Below are positions 28,399-38,283 of a stretch of DNA of 62,771 bases, piece by piece (position 1 is the first letter of the stretch; the number at the start of each line of letters is the position of its first letter). Location: the NCBI GenBank assembly GCA_903875055.1, contig CAIQUX010000247.1, forward strand, positions 1-62,771, written 5' to 3'. A model generated the notes under the pieces. It saw nothing but the letters and a program-made list of their open reading frames with translations. It made no database searches and was not told the DNA's origin. Made by a program: the position numbers and the translations under genes. This DNA comes from an uncultured Bacteroidota bacterium (GTDB lineage Bacteria; Bacteroidota; Bacteroidia; Chitinophagales; Chitinophagaceae).

Positions 28399-28473
28399 TA
28401 ACTTAATCATTCCATAATATTAATCATTCGCCCTCTATATTACTTTTACACAATTACTATTAAATCATAAGCA

Positions 28474-29121
28474 ATGTCATTCAACACAATACTCAATTTT
28501 TTTCAACCCCGAGACAGGGTTTTCTACGGACTTTTCGAAAAGGTGGTCGAAACCAATAAGGTGATGGCCATCTATCTCAATGAGTTTGTTAATATTTCTG
28601 ATTTTGAAGAAAGAGAAGCCGTATTGAAGAAGATTGAAAATCTTGAGCACCAGAATGATGAAAATACCCACCAGATTTTTACCGAACTAGGCAGGAATTT
28701 TATCACACCGTTTGACCGGGAAGATATCCATTATCTGGCTTCTGCTCTCGATGATATTGCAGATTATATCTACGCATCTGCAAAGAAAATCAATTTGTAT
28801 AAAGTAGATCCGCACGATAAAGGCATCCACAAAATGGCTGAGTTGATCGAGCAAGGAACAGAAGCAATCCGTATTTCGGTATTGGAACTTCGTACTATGA
28901 AGAACATCGGCATCATCACCACAGCCCTTGTGAAAGTAAACAGTCTTGAAAATCAGGCCGACGAAGTCTATGACATGAGTATCGAGCGTTTGTTTGCCAC
29001 CGAGAATGATGCCAAAGAAGTGATGAAGAAGAGAGAGATTTTTCATGCACTCGAAACAGCCACTGATAAATGTGAGGATGCTGCCAATGTCATTGAAAGT
29101 ATTATTATTAAATATGCATAA
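28474..29121 (+). CDS. DUF47 / PhoU-like phosphate transport regulator (Pit accessory protein)
   Basis: 215-aa all-helical ORF with FITPFDREDIHYLASALDDIAD and ENQADEVY motifs. It lies upstream of a PiT gene, as is typical. Confidence 0.82.
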   Translation: MSFNTILNFFQPRDRVFYGLFEKVVETNKVMAIYLNEFVNISDFEEREAVLKKIENLEHQNDENTHQIFTELGRNFITPFDREDIHYLASALDDIADYIYASAKKINLYKVDPHDKGIHKMAELIEQGTEAIRISVLELRTMKNIGIITTALVKVNSLENQADEVYDMSIERLFATENDAKEVMKKREIFHALETATDKCEDAANVIESIIIKYA

Positions 29122-29124
29122 GAA

Positions 29125-29312
29125 TAGTTACAAGTTAAAAGATAATAGCTATAAGGGATTGGTTAAAAGGTATTAGTTATAAGCTATTAAAAACACATGA
29201 TAAAAGGACTTTTCATTTAAAATATATCCATCACTAACTCCTAACTCTTATCTTATATCTTCTAACTTTTAACTTATGACTCCTCACCACTAACTCTTAC
29301 CACCTAACTAAA
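29125..29312. repeat. Long imperfect palindrome built from AGTTA / TAACT words (MITE-like element or structured pit leader)
   Basis: Arm 29127-29155 is complementary to arm 29252-29280 at 23 of 29 positions. There are 3 AGTTA words in the left half and 6 TAACT words in the right half, with a small apical hairpin near 29197-29216. Confidence 0.5.
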
Positions 29313-29317
29313 TATAC

Positions 29318-30976
29318 ATGTCTTTACTTCTAGTTATCATTATCCTGGCACTGATCTTTGATTATATCAATGGGTTTCATGATGCGGCGAATTCCATAGC
29401 TACTGTGGTTTCAACAAAAGTACTTACTCCTTTTCAGGCAGTATTGTGGGCGGCCTTCTTTAATGTGGTTGCCTTTTTCATTTTCAAGGATCATGCAGTG
29501 GCCAATACCATTGGTAAGACCGTGAATGCCGATTTCATTACCCTGCCAGTCATCTTATCAGGTATCATAGCTGCCATTATATGGAATCTCCTCACATGGT
29601 GGTATGGTATTCCATCATCCTCATCCCATACTTTGATAGGTGGATTTGCCGGTGCGGGTATCACACATGCCATCCTCACCAAAGGATGGATGCCGCTTTC
29701 TGACATGGTTGACATCAATAAGGTTATTCAAATATTCTTATTTATCTTTCTTGCTCCATTTGTTGGAATGTTTATCTCTATCTTTTTCAGTATCGTGTTT
29801 GTTAGCCGTAATACTTGGTTGAAATCCGGTATCCTCTTTGCATCCTCTATAGGAATTTGGTTCTTGTTTCAGAACTTTCAGGAGAACAAGATCAATGAGA
29901 ATATCGCCAAGTACTTTAAGGTGGATAAGTATAGAAAGGAGATGGCTACAGACACCACCAAGATAAAAAGCTATCATGAAGCAGTTGCTAATTCGGCTGT
30001 CGCTGAAAAGTTTGTGAATGATTATGAAAAAAAAGGGGGAGAAGGAGTAGCGGAGAATATAATTGCCAATATTGATAAACCAAGTCTTAAACACTTTGAA
30101 GTGTCTATTTTGAAAGATAAGGTAAAAAAGTTCCTTCAACTTGAACGGCTCAAAATTCTTGCTTCCAAGAACGAGAAGAGCAAAGTTGAATTTATGTCTG
30201 CGCAACATGGAATGGAAAGCATCGTTCCGCTATTAAAAAAATATCATGAAATTGGCTATGACAGTATGGTCATTTCGATTGCGAATGTTTATCCCATGAG
30301 TCCTTCAGAACTGGATAAGTTTAAGAAAAAAGTGAATGTGGATGTAAAAGCCGACCTGATGTCAGAGATGAGCAAAGCCGATAATAAATTCCTACGTTGG
30401 TTCATGATTGCAGGTCTCCTCATTTTTATAGCGGCATTCTGGTGGACCGAGAAACTCAATCAGCCAAGTGCAGCCCGCACTGGTAATATGTTCAAACGTC
30501 TGCAATTGCTGTCATCGGCCGCCTTCAGTATCGGCCATGGTGGTAATGATGCACAAAAAGTGATGGGTATCATCGCCGCAGCCCTCGTGGCCAATGGCGA
30601 TTTGGCCGATATCAAATCTATGCCCGATTGGATACCCATAGCTTGTTATACTGCTATCGGTCTGGGAACCTTAAGTGGTGGTTGGAAGATTATCAAAACC
30701 ATGGGTACTAAGATCACTAAGGTAACTCCGCTCGAAGGTGTTTGTGCCGAAACAGCGGGTGCCACAACCTTATTCCTCACCGAGCAGATGGGTATACCTG
30801 TATCAACAACCCACACCATTACTGGAGCCATCATCGGAGCAGGTGCCACCAAACGTCTGAGTGCAGTACGTTGGGGTGTCACGATCAATCTCTTATGGGC
30901 CTGGGTACTCACCATTCCTATCAGCGGTATCCTTGCCGCCATCGTGTATTGGATAGTCAGTTTCTTTTTAAAGTAA
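29318..30976 (+). CDS. PiT family inorganic phosphate transporter with long hydrophilic central loop
   Basis: Two PHO4 signature repeats, GFHDAANSIATVV and GHGGNDAQKVMGII. About 175 aa of charged non-membrane loop (residues about 185-359). Confidence 0.9.
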   Translation: MSLLLVIIILALIFDYINGFHDAANSIATVVSTKVLTPFQAVLWAAFFNVVAFFIFKDHAVANTIGKTVNADFITLPVILSGIIAAIIWNLLTWWYGIPSSSSHTLIGGFAGAGITHAILTKGWMPLSDMVDINKVIQIFLFIFLAPFVGMFISIFFSIVFVSRNTWLKSGILFASSIGIWFLFQNFQENKINENIAKYFKVDKYRKEMATDTTKIKSYHEAVANSAVAEKFVNDYEKKGGEGVAENIIANIDKPSLKHFEVSILKDKVKKFLQLERLKILASKNEKSKVEFMSAQHGMESIVPLLKKYHEIGYDSMVISIANVYPMSPSELDKFKKKVNVDVKADLMSEMSKADNKFLRWFMIAGLLIFIAAFWWTEKLNQPSAARTGNMFKRLQLLSSAAFSIGHGGNDAQKVMGIIAAALVANGDLADIKSMPDWIPIACYTAIGLGTLSGGWKIIKTMGTKITKVTPLEGVCAETAGATTLFLTEQMGIPVSTTHTITGAIIGAGATKRLSAVRWGVTINLLWAWVLTIPISGILAAIVYWIVSFFLK

Positions 30977-31153
30977 CAGGCTGTTCTATTCTCATTACAA
31001 ATTATCCGGTCTTCTGTGGATTAGTTTATTCACGCCATACACTTAAATGTATTTGATTTTATTTTCATGTGAATATTTTCTGACTAATTATCAGATTATA
31101 TCCTATGACTCGTAGGAGAAATTTGTAATATTACGTTCATAAAAATTTTATGC

Positions 31154-32413
31154 ATGAAAAAAATATCACTCTTATTACTTTGCTGTGCAACTCTCAGTCA
31201 GCAAAAGTCGATGGCCGGTGGCTTTAAAGTCGCCCTCCAGGGTCAGAAACAAACCGGTATGGCCAGCGTAGGCGTGGGCTATGCACAGGATGCAGCCACC
31301 ATTTACTTCAACCCGGCCGGTCTGAGCTTTGTCAACAACCAGATCAATGCCGGTGGCAATCTGCTTTTCCCAAGTACCAGCTTTTTTGAAAAAGGAACCA
31401 ACACGGTCTACCATACTGCCAGCCAGTCCTTTACTCCGTTTTCGCTCTATGGCAGTTGTAATGTTTCCAAATCGATAAAATTCGGAATGGGACTTTATAC
31501 ACCCTTTGGAACAGGTGTTAAATATCCTACCGATTGGAGTGGCCGCTATATCCTTCATCAGATTAATCTTCAAACTATCTTTGCACAGCCAACTTTATCA
31601 TGGAAGATATCTGATCATTTTTCGCTTGGCGCCGGACTCATTTATGCCTACGGCAACGTACTTCTTGAAAAAGATATTCCTGTCACCAGCGATAAAGGCG
31701 ATGCTGTTGCCAATGCACAACTGAAAGGTAAAGGCCACGGATTCGGTTTTAATGCCGGAGCCTACTTGAAAGCCACCGACAATTTAAGCATCGGGTTGAC
31801 TTATCATTCTAGAGTAAATATGAATGTGAACGATGGTAAAGCCACCTTCTCGAATATTCCTGCCGGATTGACCAGCACCTTCCCTCCGAGCAATACCTTT
31901 TCAACACAACTGGCCTTGCCGGGTGAAGTAGACTTCGGCTTTTCTTACAAAATCGTACAAGACCTGACCGTGGCGGTCGATTTCAATCACACTTTCTGGA
32001 GTTCGTATGATTCCTTAGGGTTCAATTATGCCGTCAATACCAGTGCGGTGACTGATAATAAATCTCCCCGTTTATATGAGAATGCATCATGTATCCGTTT
32101 TGGAGCTCAATATGCGGCTTCAAAAAATATCAGCGTGAGGGCTGGCTTGTTTTTTGATCAGACACCTGTCAGAGATGGTTATGTATCACCAGAATTGCCT
32201 GATAACAACAAGACAGGTTTAACTGCTGGCGCTACCTTTAAACTCGATCAGAGCTTTGTTTTTGATATCTCCTTATTGTATGAGAATGTAGCTTCACGCA
32301 CACAAAAAAATATCGAGACAGGACTCGACGGAACCTTCCAGACCCGAGTGATTGCCCCGGGTATTGGATTAACCTATTTATTTAACCGATCATCTAAAAC
32401 AACTATCAAATAA
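31154..32413 (+). CDS. FadL/TodX/OmpP1 family outer-membrane transport protein
   Basis: Signal peptide, GGFKVALQGQKQTGMA N-terminal motif, beta-barrel pattern, C-terminal ..GIGLTYLF. Confidence 0.82.
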   Translation: MKKISLLLLCCATLSQQKSMAGGFKVALQGQKQTGMASVGVGYAQDAATIYFNPAGLSFVNNQINAGGNLLFPSTSFFEKGTNTVYHTASQSFTPFSLYGSCNVSKSIKFGMGLYTPFGTGVKYPTDWSGRYILHQINLQTIFAQPTLSWKISDHFSLGAGLIYAYGNVLLEKDIPVTSDKGDAVANAQLKGKGHGFGFNAGAYLKATDNLSIGLTYHSRVNMNVNDGKATFSNIPAGLTSTFPPSNTFSTQLALPGEVDFGFSYKIVQDLTVAVDFNHTFWSSYDSLGFNYAVNTSAVTDNKSPRLYENASCIRFGAQYAASKNISVRAGLFFDQTPVRDGYVSPELPDNNKTGLTAGATFKLDQSFVFDISLLYENVASRTQKNIETGLDGTFQTRVIAPGIGLTYLFNRSSKTTIK

Positions 32414-33753
32414 TGAAGAAAGTAACTTATATACTATATACAGCAGGTGTCATGATGACATTATTCTCATGCAAACCCAATTTGAAACAAAATCCGGTAT
32501 CAAGCGGTACTGCCGATTTCTCACGCTATGTGGCGATTGGTAATTCATTGACTTCCGGTTATGCCGATGGTGCCTTGTACAAAGACGGCCAAGTGAATTC
32601 GTATCCGAATATGCTGGCCACCCAATTCAGGCAAGCAGGCGGCGGCGATTTTAATATTCCTTATATGGATGCCGGCGGTGGTAACGATGGTAGTGGTACT
32701 CCTCGTCGAATACTTGGGTATGTGATGCCATGCAACAGCACGACACCAACGATCTCTCCGATTTTAGATCCCGCAGGATTTACCGCACTTAATAATGTAG
32801 CCGCAGGCGGACCTTATAATATGGTAGGCGTTCCGGGTGCCCGTGCTATCGATGCGACCTTCCCTTTATACAGTGCTTTCAATCCGTTTCTGCAACGTTT
32901 TTGCCAGACACCGGGTACCAGTACCTTGTTAAGCGAAGCACTGCGTGTGAATCCAACTTTCTTCACACTATTCCTCGGAAGCAATGATGTGTTGCTTTAT
33001 GCCACAGGTGGTGCCGTGCCTCCAACAAATCAATTCAGTCCGACCATTTCAGATCCTGCGGCTGTCCAGGCTGCCTTGACCATGATGGTTGACTCATTGA
33101 CAAAAACCGGTGCTAAAGGAGCTATTGCCAATGTACCTGATGTGACTTCGATTCCTTATTTCACCACTATCCCATGGAACGGTGTGGTATTGACTCAAGG
33201 TAAGGCTGATACGCTGAATGCATTATATGCAGGGAATAGCCTGCCAGGGATCACATGGCATGCAGGTGCCAATGGTTTCATGATTGTGGATAGTTCGGCA
33301 GGTTTAACGAACGGATTTATGCGTCATGCTACCGCCTCGGATTATATCTTGCTTACCACACCCGGTGATTCGTTGAGTTGCGGCATGTGGGGTGTCTATC
33401 CGAATAAACCCTTGAAGGATCAATATGTACTGGATGCTGTTGAAGCATTGGCCGTTTCGAATGCGACACAACTATACAATAGTTCAATTGCATCGATTGC
33501 GTCAAACTATAATATCGCCCATGTGGATATCAATGCGTTATTAAAAACCTTGAAATCAGGGTTTATCTATAACGGGGTTACATTCAATGCATCGTTCGTA
33601 ACGGGTGGAGCCTTCAGTCTTGATGGTGTTCATCCGAATCCAAGAGGTTATTCCTTTATAGCGAATGAGTTTATCAAGGCCATCAATACTAAATACAAAT
33701 CAACACTTCCTTTAGTGAATACGATTCAGTTCAATGGAGTGATATTCCCATAA
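32413..33753 (+). CDS. SGNH/GDSL-family hydrolase lipoprotein
   Basis: Lipobox LFSC; block I IGNSLTSGY, block III GSNDVL, block V DGVHPNPRGY. The ATG overlaps the stop of the FadL-like gene. Confidence 0.82.
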   Translation: MKKVTYILYTAGVMMTLFSCKPNLKQNPVSSGTADFSRYVAIGNSLTSGYADGALYKDGQVNSYPNMLATQFRQAGGGDFNIPYMDAGGGNDGSGTPRRILGYVMPCNSTTPTISPILDPAGFTALNNVAAGGPYNMVGVPGARAIDATFPLYSAFNPFLQRFCQTPGTSTLLSEALRVNPTFFTLFLGSNDVLLYATGGAVPPTNQFSPTISDPAAVQAALTMMVDSLTKTGAKGAIANVPDVTSIPYFTTIPWNGVVLTQGKADTLNALYAGNSLPGITWHAGANGFMIVDSSAGLTNGFMRHATASDYILLTTPGDSLSCGMWGVYPNKPLKDQYVLDAVEALAVSNATQLYNSSIASIASNYNIAHVDINALLKTLKSGFIYNGVTFNASFVTGGAFSLDGVHPNPRGYSFIANEFIKAINTKYKSTLPLVNTIQFNGVIFP

Positions 33754-33776
33754 GGGAAACCTGAATAAAATTTGAA

Positions 33777-33805
33777 AGACTGCCCGAATACGGCAGTCTT
33801 TTTTT
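33777..33805 (+). terminator. Rho-independent terminator after the GDSL hydrolase gene
   Basis: Stem AGACTGCC / GGCAGTCT with a 7-nt loop, followed by a run of 7 T. Confidence 0.85.
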
Positions 33806-33878
33806 ATCACCGTATTTGGATTCGTCGTCTCATTTTTCAGTGGTTCGTGTAAATGCCAATTACTTTTGCCTTCTTACA

Positions 33879-35000
33879 ATGATTAGGAATAAGAATTTGC
33901 TGACTCACGTGATGGTATCCATCGGATTTCTGCTGATTCCGTTTTTATTTCTCGCAGGTGAAATGGCCTCTTTTCATCGTGGTTTTCAAAATCCGTATGA
34001 TTCGTTTACCATCGTAGGTTATTTATTTCTCTTGTCGTTTTATTATCTTAATCACTTTGTGCTCATACCTAACTATTACTTTCCTAAAAAGTATGTACAG
34101 TATATCAGTATACTCGTCCTTATTTTTACCGTGCTGATGATCATTTACTACTTACTCGATCATCGTTTTCATCATCATCATGCCGGACCTTGGGGACATG
34201 GGGCAATAGAAGGCTCTTCGCATGAGGATGGCCCAGGTGGTCATCAGGTTTTAACTCCTCAGTTTCAAGGAAATGGTGACCGACATCATGAATCACCTAT
34301 TTTTCGGCATCCACCGCCCATCTTTCAGGTCAGTCAGATGTTATTTCTTTACCTGATTGGTATTTTTGTGAACCTGTATGTACGAATCAAAAAGAATATG
34401 GATGCCATCGAGGTTGAGAAAAATAACGCCGAGTTATCATACCTTAAGTCACAGATTAATCCGCATTTCCTGTTCAATACCTTTAATAGTATCTATTCGC
34501 TGGCCATCAGGGAAAATGCCGAACGGACTGCTAATGGCATGTTGAAGCTTTCGGGTATGATGCGGTATGTGGTGTCTGAATCATCGTCAGAATTTGTGCC
34601 CTTGGAGAAAGAGATCACCTATATCAATAATTTTATCGAGCTTCAGAAATTGAGGTTGGACAAAGGGGTGAAATTTGATTATGAATTACAAGGCTCTTTT
34701 GAAGGCAAACGAATTGCGCCACTATTGCTGATACCTTTTATCGAGAATGCCTTCAAGCATGGTGTCAACCCGGATGAGAATTCCTCGATTCTGATCAAGT
34801 TTGAGATTGGTGATGACGATTTGCATTTATATGTTGAGAATAATAAAGTAACGACCTATCATGAGATGAGTGAAAAGATGGGTTTCGGTATTGAGAATAC
34901 CAAAAACAGATTGAAACTACTGTATCCTTCGAAGCACACGATCGTGATTATCGATACCAATAAAAAATATCAGGTAAACTTAAAATTGACATTCGTATGA
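33879..35000 (+). CDS. LytS/YehU-type sensor histidine kinase with His-rich loop
   Basis: PF06580-type H box LKSQINPHFLFNT and N box IENAFKHG; four N-terminal TM segments. ATG 33879 is preferred over TTG 33816. Confidence 0.88.
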   Translation: MIRNKNLLTHVMVSIGFLLIPFLFLAGEMASFHRGFQNPYDSFTIVGYLFLLSFYYLNHFVLIPNYYFPKKYVQYISILVLIFTVLMIIYYLLDHRFHHHHAGPWGHGAIEGSSHEDGPGGHQVLTPQFQGNGDRHHESPIFRHPPPIFQVSQMLFLYLIGIFVNLYVRIKKNMDAIEVEKNNAELSYLKSQINPHFLFNTFNSIYSLAIRENAERTANGMLKLSGMMRYVVSESSSEFVPLEKEITYINNFIELQKLRLDKGVKFDYELQGSFEGKRIAPLLLIPFIENAFKHGVNPDENSSILIKFEIGDDDLHLYVENNKVTTYHEMSEKMGFGIENTKNRLKLLYPSKHTIVIIDTNKKYQVNLKLTFV

Positions 35001-35689
35001 TTTCAACTATTGCAATCGATGACGAACCGCTGGCGCTTGAACTGATCGAATCATTCTGTTCACGAATTGACACGATCAAACTCGAAAAGACATTTACCAA
35101 AGTGAACGAAGCGGAAAAATATATGAAACGCTTTCCTGTTGATTTGCTGTTACTGGATATCAATATGCCTTTGCTTTCCGGAATAGAGTTCTACAAGAAG
35201 ATTGAGCAGAATACCATGGTCATTTTTACGACAGCCTATAGTGAGTATGCCATTGAAGGCTTCAATCTGAATGCCATCGATTATATATTAAAACCTTATT
35301 CGTTTCAACGTTTTGAACAAGCGATCAAAAAGGCTACTGATTATTACGACTTTCTTCATCAGAAAAGTGATACTGTCATCAAGTTCATTTACATCAAAGC
35401 TGATTACAGTCTGATCAAGATCGCTCTGGAAGATATTCTCTATGTCGAAGCATTTGCCGATTATCTGAAAATTTATCTGCCGAATAAAAAAGCCATAACA
35501 GCACGACTCACAATGAAGGCTATGACAGAGAAATTGCCGACAACAAAATTTGTGCGTGTTCACAGATCGTTCATCCTGCCTATCAATAAGATATTATCTG
35601 TCAGAAATAAAATCATCACCATCGAAGGGAAGGAGATTCCTATCGGTGCCAGTTATGAAGAGGAATTAAACAAGTTGATCCAAAAATAG
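34997..35689 (+). CDS. LytTR-family response regulator
   Basis: IAIDDEP, LLLDINMP, IFTTAY, DYILKP and a LytTR domain (FVRVHRSFI). It has a 4-nt ATGA overlap with the kinase gene. Confidence 0.92.
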   Translation: MISTIAIDDEPLALELIESFCSRIDTIKLEKTFTKVNEAEKYMKRFPVDLLLLDINMPLLSGIEFYKKIEQNTMVIFTTAYSEYAIEGFNLNAIDYILKPYSFQRFEQAIKKATDYYDFLHQKSDTVIKFIYIKADYSLIKIALEDILYVEAFADYLKIYLPNKKAITARLTMKAMTEKLPTTKFVRVHRSFILPINKILSVRNKIITIEGKEIPIGASYEEELNKLIQK

Positions 35690-35724
35690 AAGAGGCTAGA
35701 GCGGACAGGTTAGAAGTTCTGTGT

Positions 35725-36177
35725 TTAAGATTTAGAATAAACCATGGACATATGCGGAATCTCATCTTCGAGATAATGATGTCCTGTCGATTTGAATCCA
35801 AGTTCTGAATAGAATTTTTCAAGATAGGATTGCGCGCCTATTTTTATCTTCTCATTGAACATTTCCTTGCAAAGGGCTATGGATCGCTCCATCAATTCCT
35901 TGCCTATGCGTTGACCACGAACGGTAGATTTAGTAAGCACACGGCCGATGGCGCAATAGTCGTCATAAGCTAGACCTGTTGGCAACAAGCGACTGTAGGC
36001 CACCAGTTCACCGTCTTGCATACCCAGCAAATGATAACATTGCAGATCGCGATCATCACAATCCTGATAGGCACATTGCTGTTCAATCGCGAAAACCTCC
36101 ATCCGGAGTTTGAGAATGGCATAAAGTTCCTTTGTCGTCAATGTGTCAAAATGTTTACAAATGAATTCTGTTTGCAT
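35725..36177 (-). CDS. GNAT family N-acetyltransferase (ElaA-like)
   Basis: 150 aa; LRMEVFAIEQQCAYQDCD and acetyl-CoA motif RGQRIGKELM. Confidence 0.8.
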   Translation of the reverse strand: MQTEFICKHFDTLTTKELYAILKLRMEVFAIEQQCAYQDCDDRDLQCYHLLGMQDGELVAYSRLLPTGLAYDDYCAIGRVLTKSTVRGQRIGKELMERSIALCKEMFNEKIKIGAQSYLEKFYSELGFKSTGHHYLEDEIPHMSMVYSKS

Positions 36178-36188
36178 AATCGTTTGGT

Positions 36189-37001
36189 CTAGATAAATAA
36201 TGGTAATAAGGAAGAATTGCCGATAGTGTCAGCCATTTTTTGTACAGCCATTTTCCCTTTTTCGCCCAGATCGATGGAATAGTCATTGACATACAGATCG
36301 ATATGGTGTCGCATCACGTCTTCGTTCATTTCTTGTGCATGGCAGGTCACGAATTCGCTCAAGGCAGGATAGCACTTACGGCTTGACAGTATGCTTTCTT
36401 TAATTAGTAGATTGATCTTTTTCTGAATATCGTGATCCATGTTTCGCTTGATGGCAATACCGCCCAAAGGAATCGGCATACCGGTTTGCTGTTCCCAATA
36501 TTCGCCCAGATCCATCAGCTTATGCAATCCTTTTAGCTGATAGGTAAATCTGTTTTCATGAATAATCACACCAGCGTCGGCCTCATGATTCAATACGGCA
36601 TCCTCTATGGCGGAAAAGATATATTCGTTCTTTTGCAACTGACCGGGGAAGGCATACGACAGCAAGAAATTGGCCGTGGTATGAATACCGGGTATGGCAA
36701 TTCGATACGAAGACATATTGGTCAGATCGAGCGCTTCATTCGAAATCAGCAGAGGACCTACGCCAGTACCTAATGCACCACCGCTGTTTAGCATCACATA
36801 GCGTTCGAGCACATTGAAGTAATTGGCATAGCTTAGTTTGATAATGTCGAGTTCGCCTTTCAATGCCAGATTGTTTAACGTTTCGACATCTTCGAATACA
36901 AACTCGAATTCGAACGGAGCCGTGTCAATCGTCTTTGAATAAAGGGCATCAAAAATGAAGGTGTCGTTGGGGCAGGGCGATATGCCGATTCTGAGTTTCA
37001 A
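36189..37001 (-). CDS. mqnD: 1,4-dihydroxy-6-naphthoate synthase (futalosine pathway)
   Basis: KLRIGISPCPNDTFIFDAL start typical of MqnD; TTG start; adjacent to mqnB. Confidence 0.82.
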   Translation of the reverse strand: MKLRIGISPCPNDTFIFDALYSKTIDTAPFEFEFVFEDVETLNNLALKGELDIIKLSYANYFNVLERYVMLNSGGALGTGVGPLLISNEALDLTNMSSYRIAIPGIHTTANFLLSYAFPGQLQKNEYIFSAIEDAVLNHEADAGVIIHENRFTYQLKGLHKLMDLGEYWEQQTGMPIPLGGIAIKRNMDHDIQKKINLLIKESILSSRKCYPALSEFVTCHAQEMNEDVMRHHIDLYVNDYSIDLGEKGKMAVQKMADTIGNSSLLPLFI

Positions 37002-37002
37002 G

Positions 37003-37644
37003 TTAGATAGCAGATGGGAGTTGGTAAACGAATTTTATGACTTCTTGCTGACAGCTTTGGAGGGCATCCGAAATCTTCCAGCGACTTTTATCTCTTGGCT
37101 CAACAAGATTTGAAATGCCTCTGAATTGTATAAAGGGGATATTTTCTTGTAAGCAAACATAATGCAGACAGGCACCCTCCATCGTTTCGATATCGGCGTT
37201 GAATTTTTCCTTGCGTTGACGAATACTCTTTTCATTTCCTGAGGTCATATTCACGGTTAGTCCGTTGACAGCTTTCAGATGTTGAATATTCCTGACAACC
37301 TCATTTAGCAAATGACCGTTGGTAAATGGAAAAGAATTTTTATCCAGCAGCTTGATATCAAACAAATCCAATATCGTATCGTGGTCTTCGGCACCGGTGT
37401 CACCAAGGCATTCTGAATACACGACCACCGTTTCACCAATCGAAAGTGAATCAGAATAAGTGCCTGCAATACCGCATTGAATGATGAGATCGGGTTTTTG
37501 CATACACAATTTTTGAAGATGATAAGTGGCTTGCAATAAGCCGGCACCATGTATATGAAACGAGATAGAATGCGATGTGTCAGAAAAGGAGTTTCTGAGC
37601 GGATCAAGTTCCATTTCAGTAGCAGCGGTGATAGTGATATTCAT
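37003..37644 (-). CDS. mqnB: Futalosine hydrolase (PNP/UDP phosphorylase fold)
   Basis: ITITAATEMEL..., GIAGTY and GISNLVE motifs. ATG 37644 is preferred over the TTG 37704 extension. Confidence 0.75.
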   Translation of the reverse strand: MNITITAATEMELDPLRNSFSDTSHSISFHIHGAGLLQATYHLQKLCMQKPDLIIQCGIAGTYSDSLSIGETVVVYSECLGDTGAEDHDTILDLFDIKLLDKNSFPFTNGHLLNEVVRNIQHLKAVNGLTVNMTSGNEKSIRQRKEKFNADIETMEGACLHYVCLQENIPFIQFRGISNLVEPRDKSRWKISDALQSCQQEVIKFVYQLPSAI

Positions 37645-37852
37645 GGGTGTGTAAAATTGAATCAAAAAGCGAATGAAACCAAATCCATTTTTTGTTTCAT
37701 TCAAAGAAGTGATAACGTATAAGGTAAACGATTGTTTGATTAGCGATGGAAGGTATTTCTTTGCGTCTCATTCAATTCATCAGATCGGATGAGTGATTGA
37801 TTAAGTCGCTGCAGGAATTATTTTCGTTATAAATTTGCTTAAAAGAACATAT

Positions 37853-38266
37853 ATGGTATTTGTTACCCGAGTTGAACATTTTAATGCCGCCCACAAATTG
37901 TGGAATGAAAGCTGGAGTCCTGAGAAGAATAAGGAGGTCTTTGGTAAATGTTCCAATGTCAACTATCATGGACATAATTATGAACTGCATGTGACCGTCA
38001 AAGGAGAGGTAAATTCAGAGACAGGATTTGTAATGAATGCCAAAGAGTTGGGTGAGATCATGAAAGTGAAGGTGGTTGATGTGGTCGATCATTCTAATCT
38101 GAATATGGATGTACCTTTTATGCAAGGGAAATTCACGTCAGCTGAAAATTTTGCTATAGGCATTTGGGACGAACTGGAAGAAGAGATAAGCAAACAGGGT
38201 GCTCAGCTTCATTGTGTGAAGCTGATAGAAACACAGAGGATTTATGTCGAGTATTACGGAAAATAA
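37853..38266 (+). CDS. 6-pyruvoyl-tetrahydropterin synthase, eukaryote-like PTPS-II type
   Basis: [16 protein letters not shown] (Cx5HGH, as in mammalian PTPS CNNPNGHGHNY) and [11 protein letters not shown] motifs. ATG 37853. Confidence 0.85.
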   Translation: MVFVTRVEHFNAAHKLWNESWSPEKNKEVFGKCSNVNYHGHNYELHVTVKGEVNSETGFVMNAKELGEIMKVKVVDVVDHSNLNMDVPFMQGKFTSAENFAIGIWDELEEEISKQGAQLHCVKLIETQRIYVEYYGK

Positions 38267-38283
38267 ATAAAACAACAAGTCAG

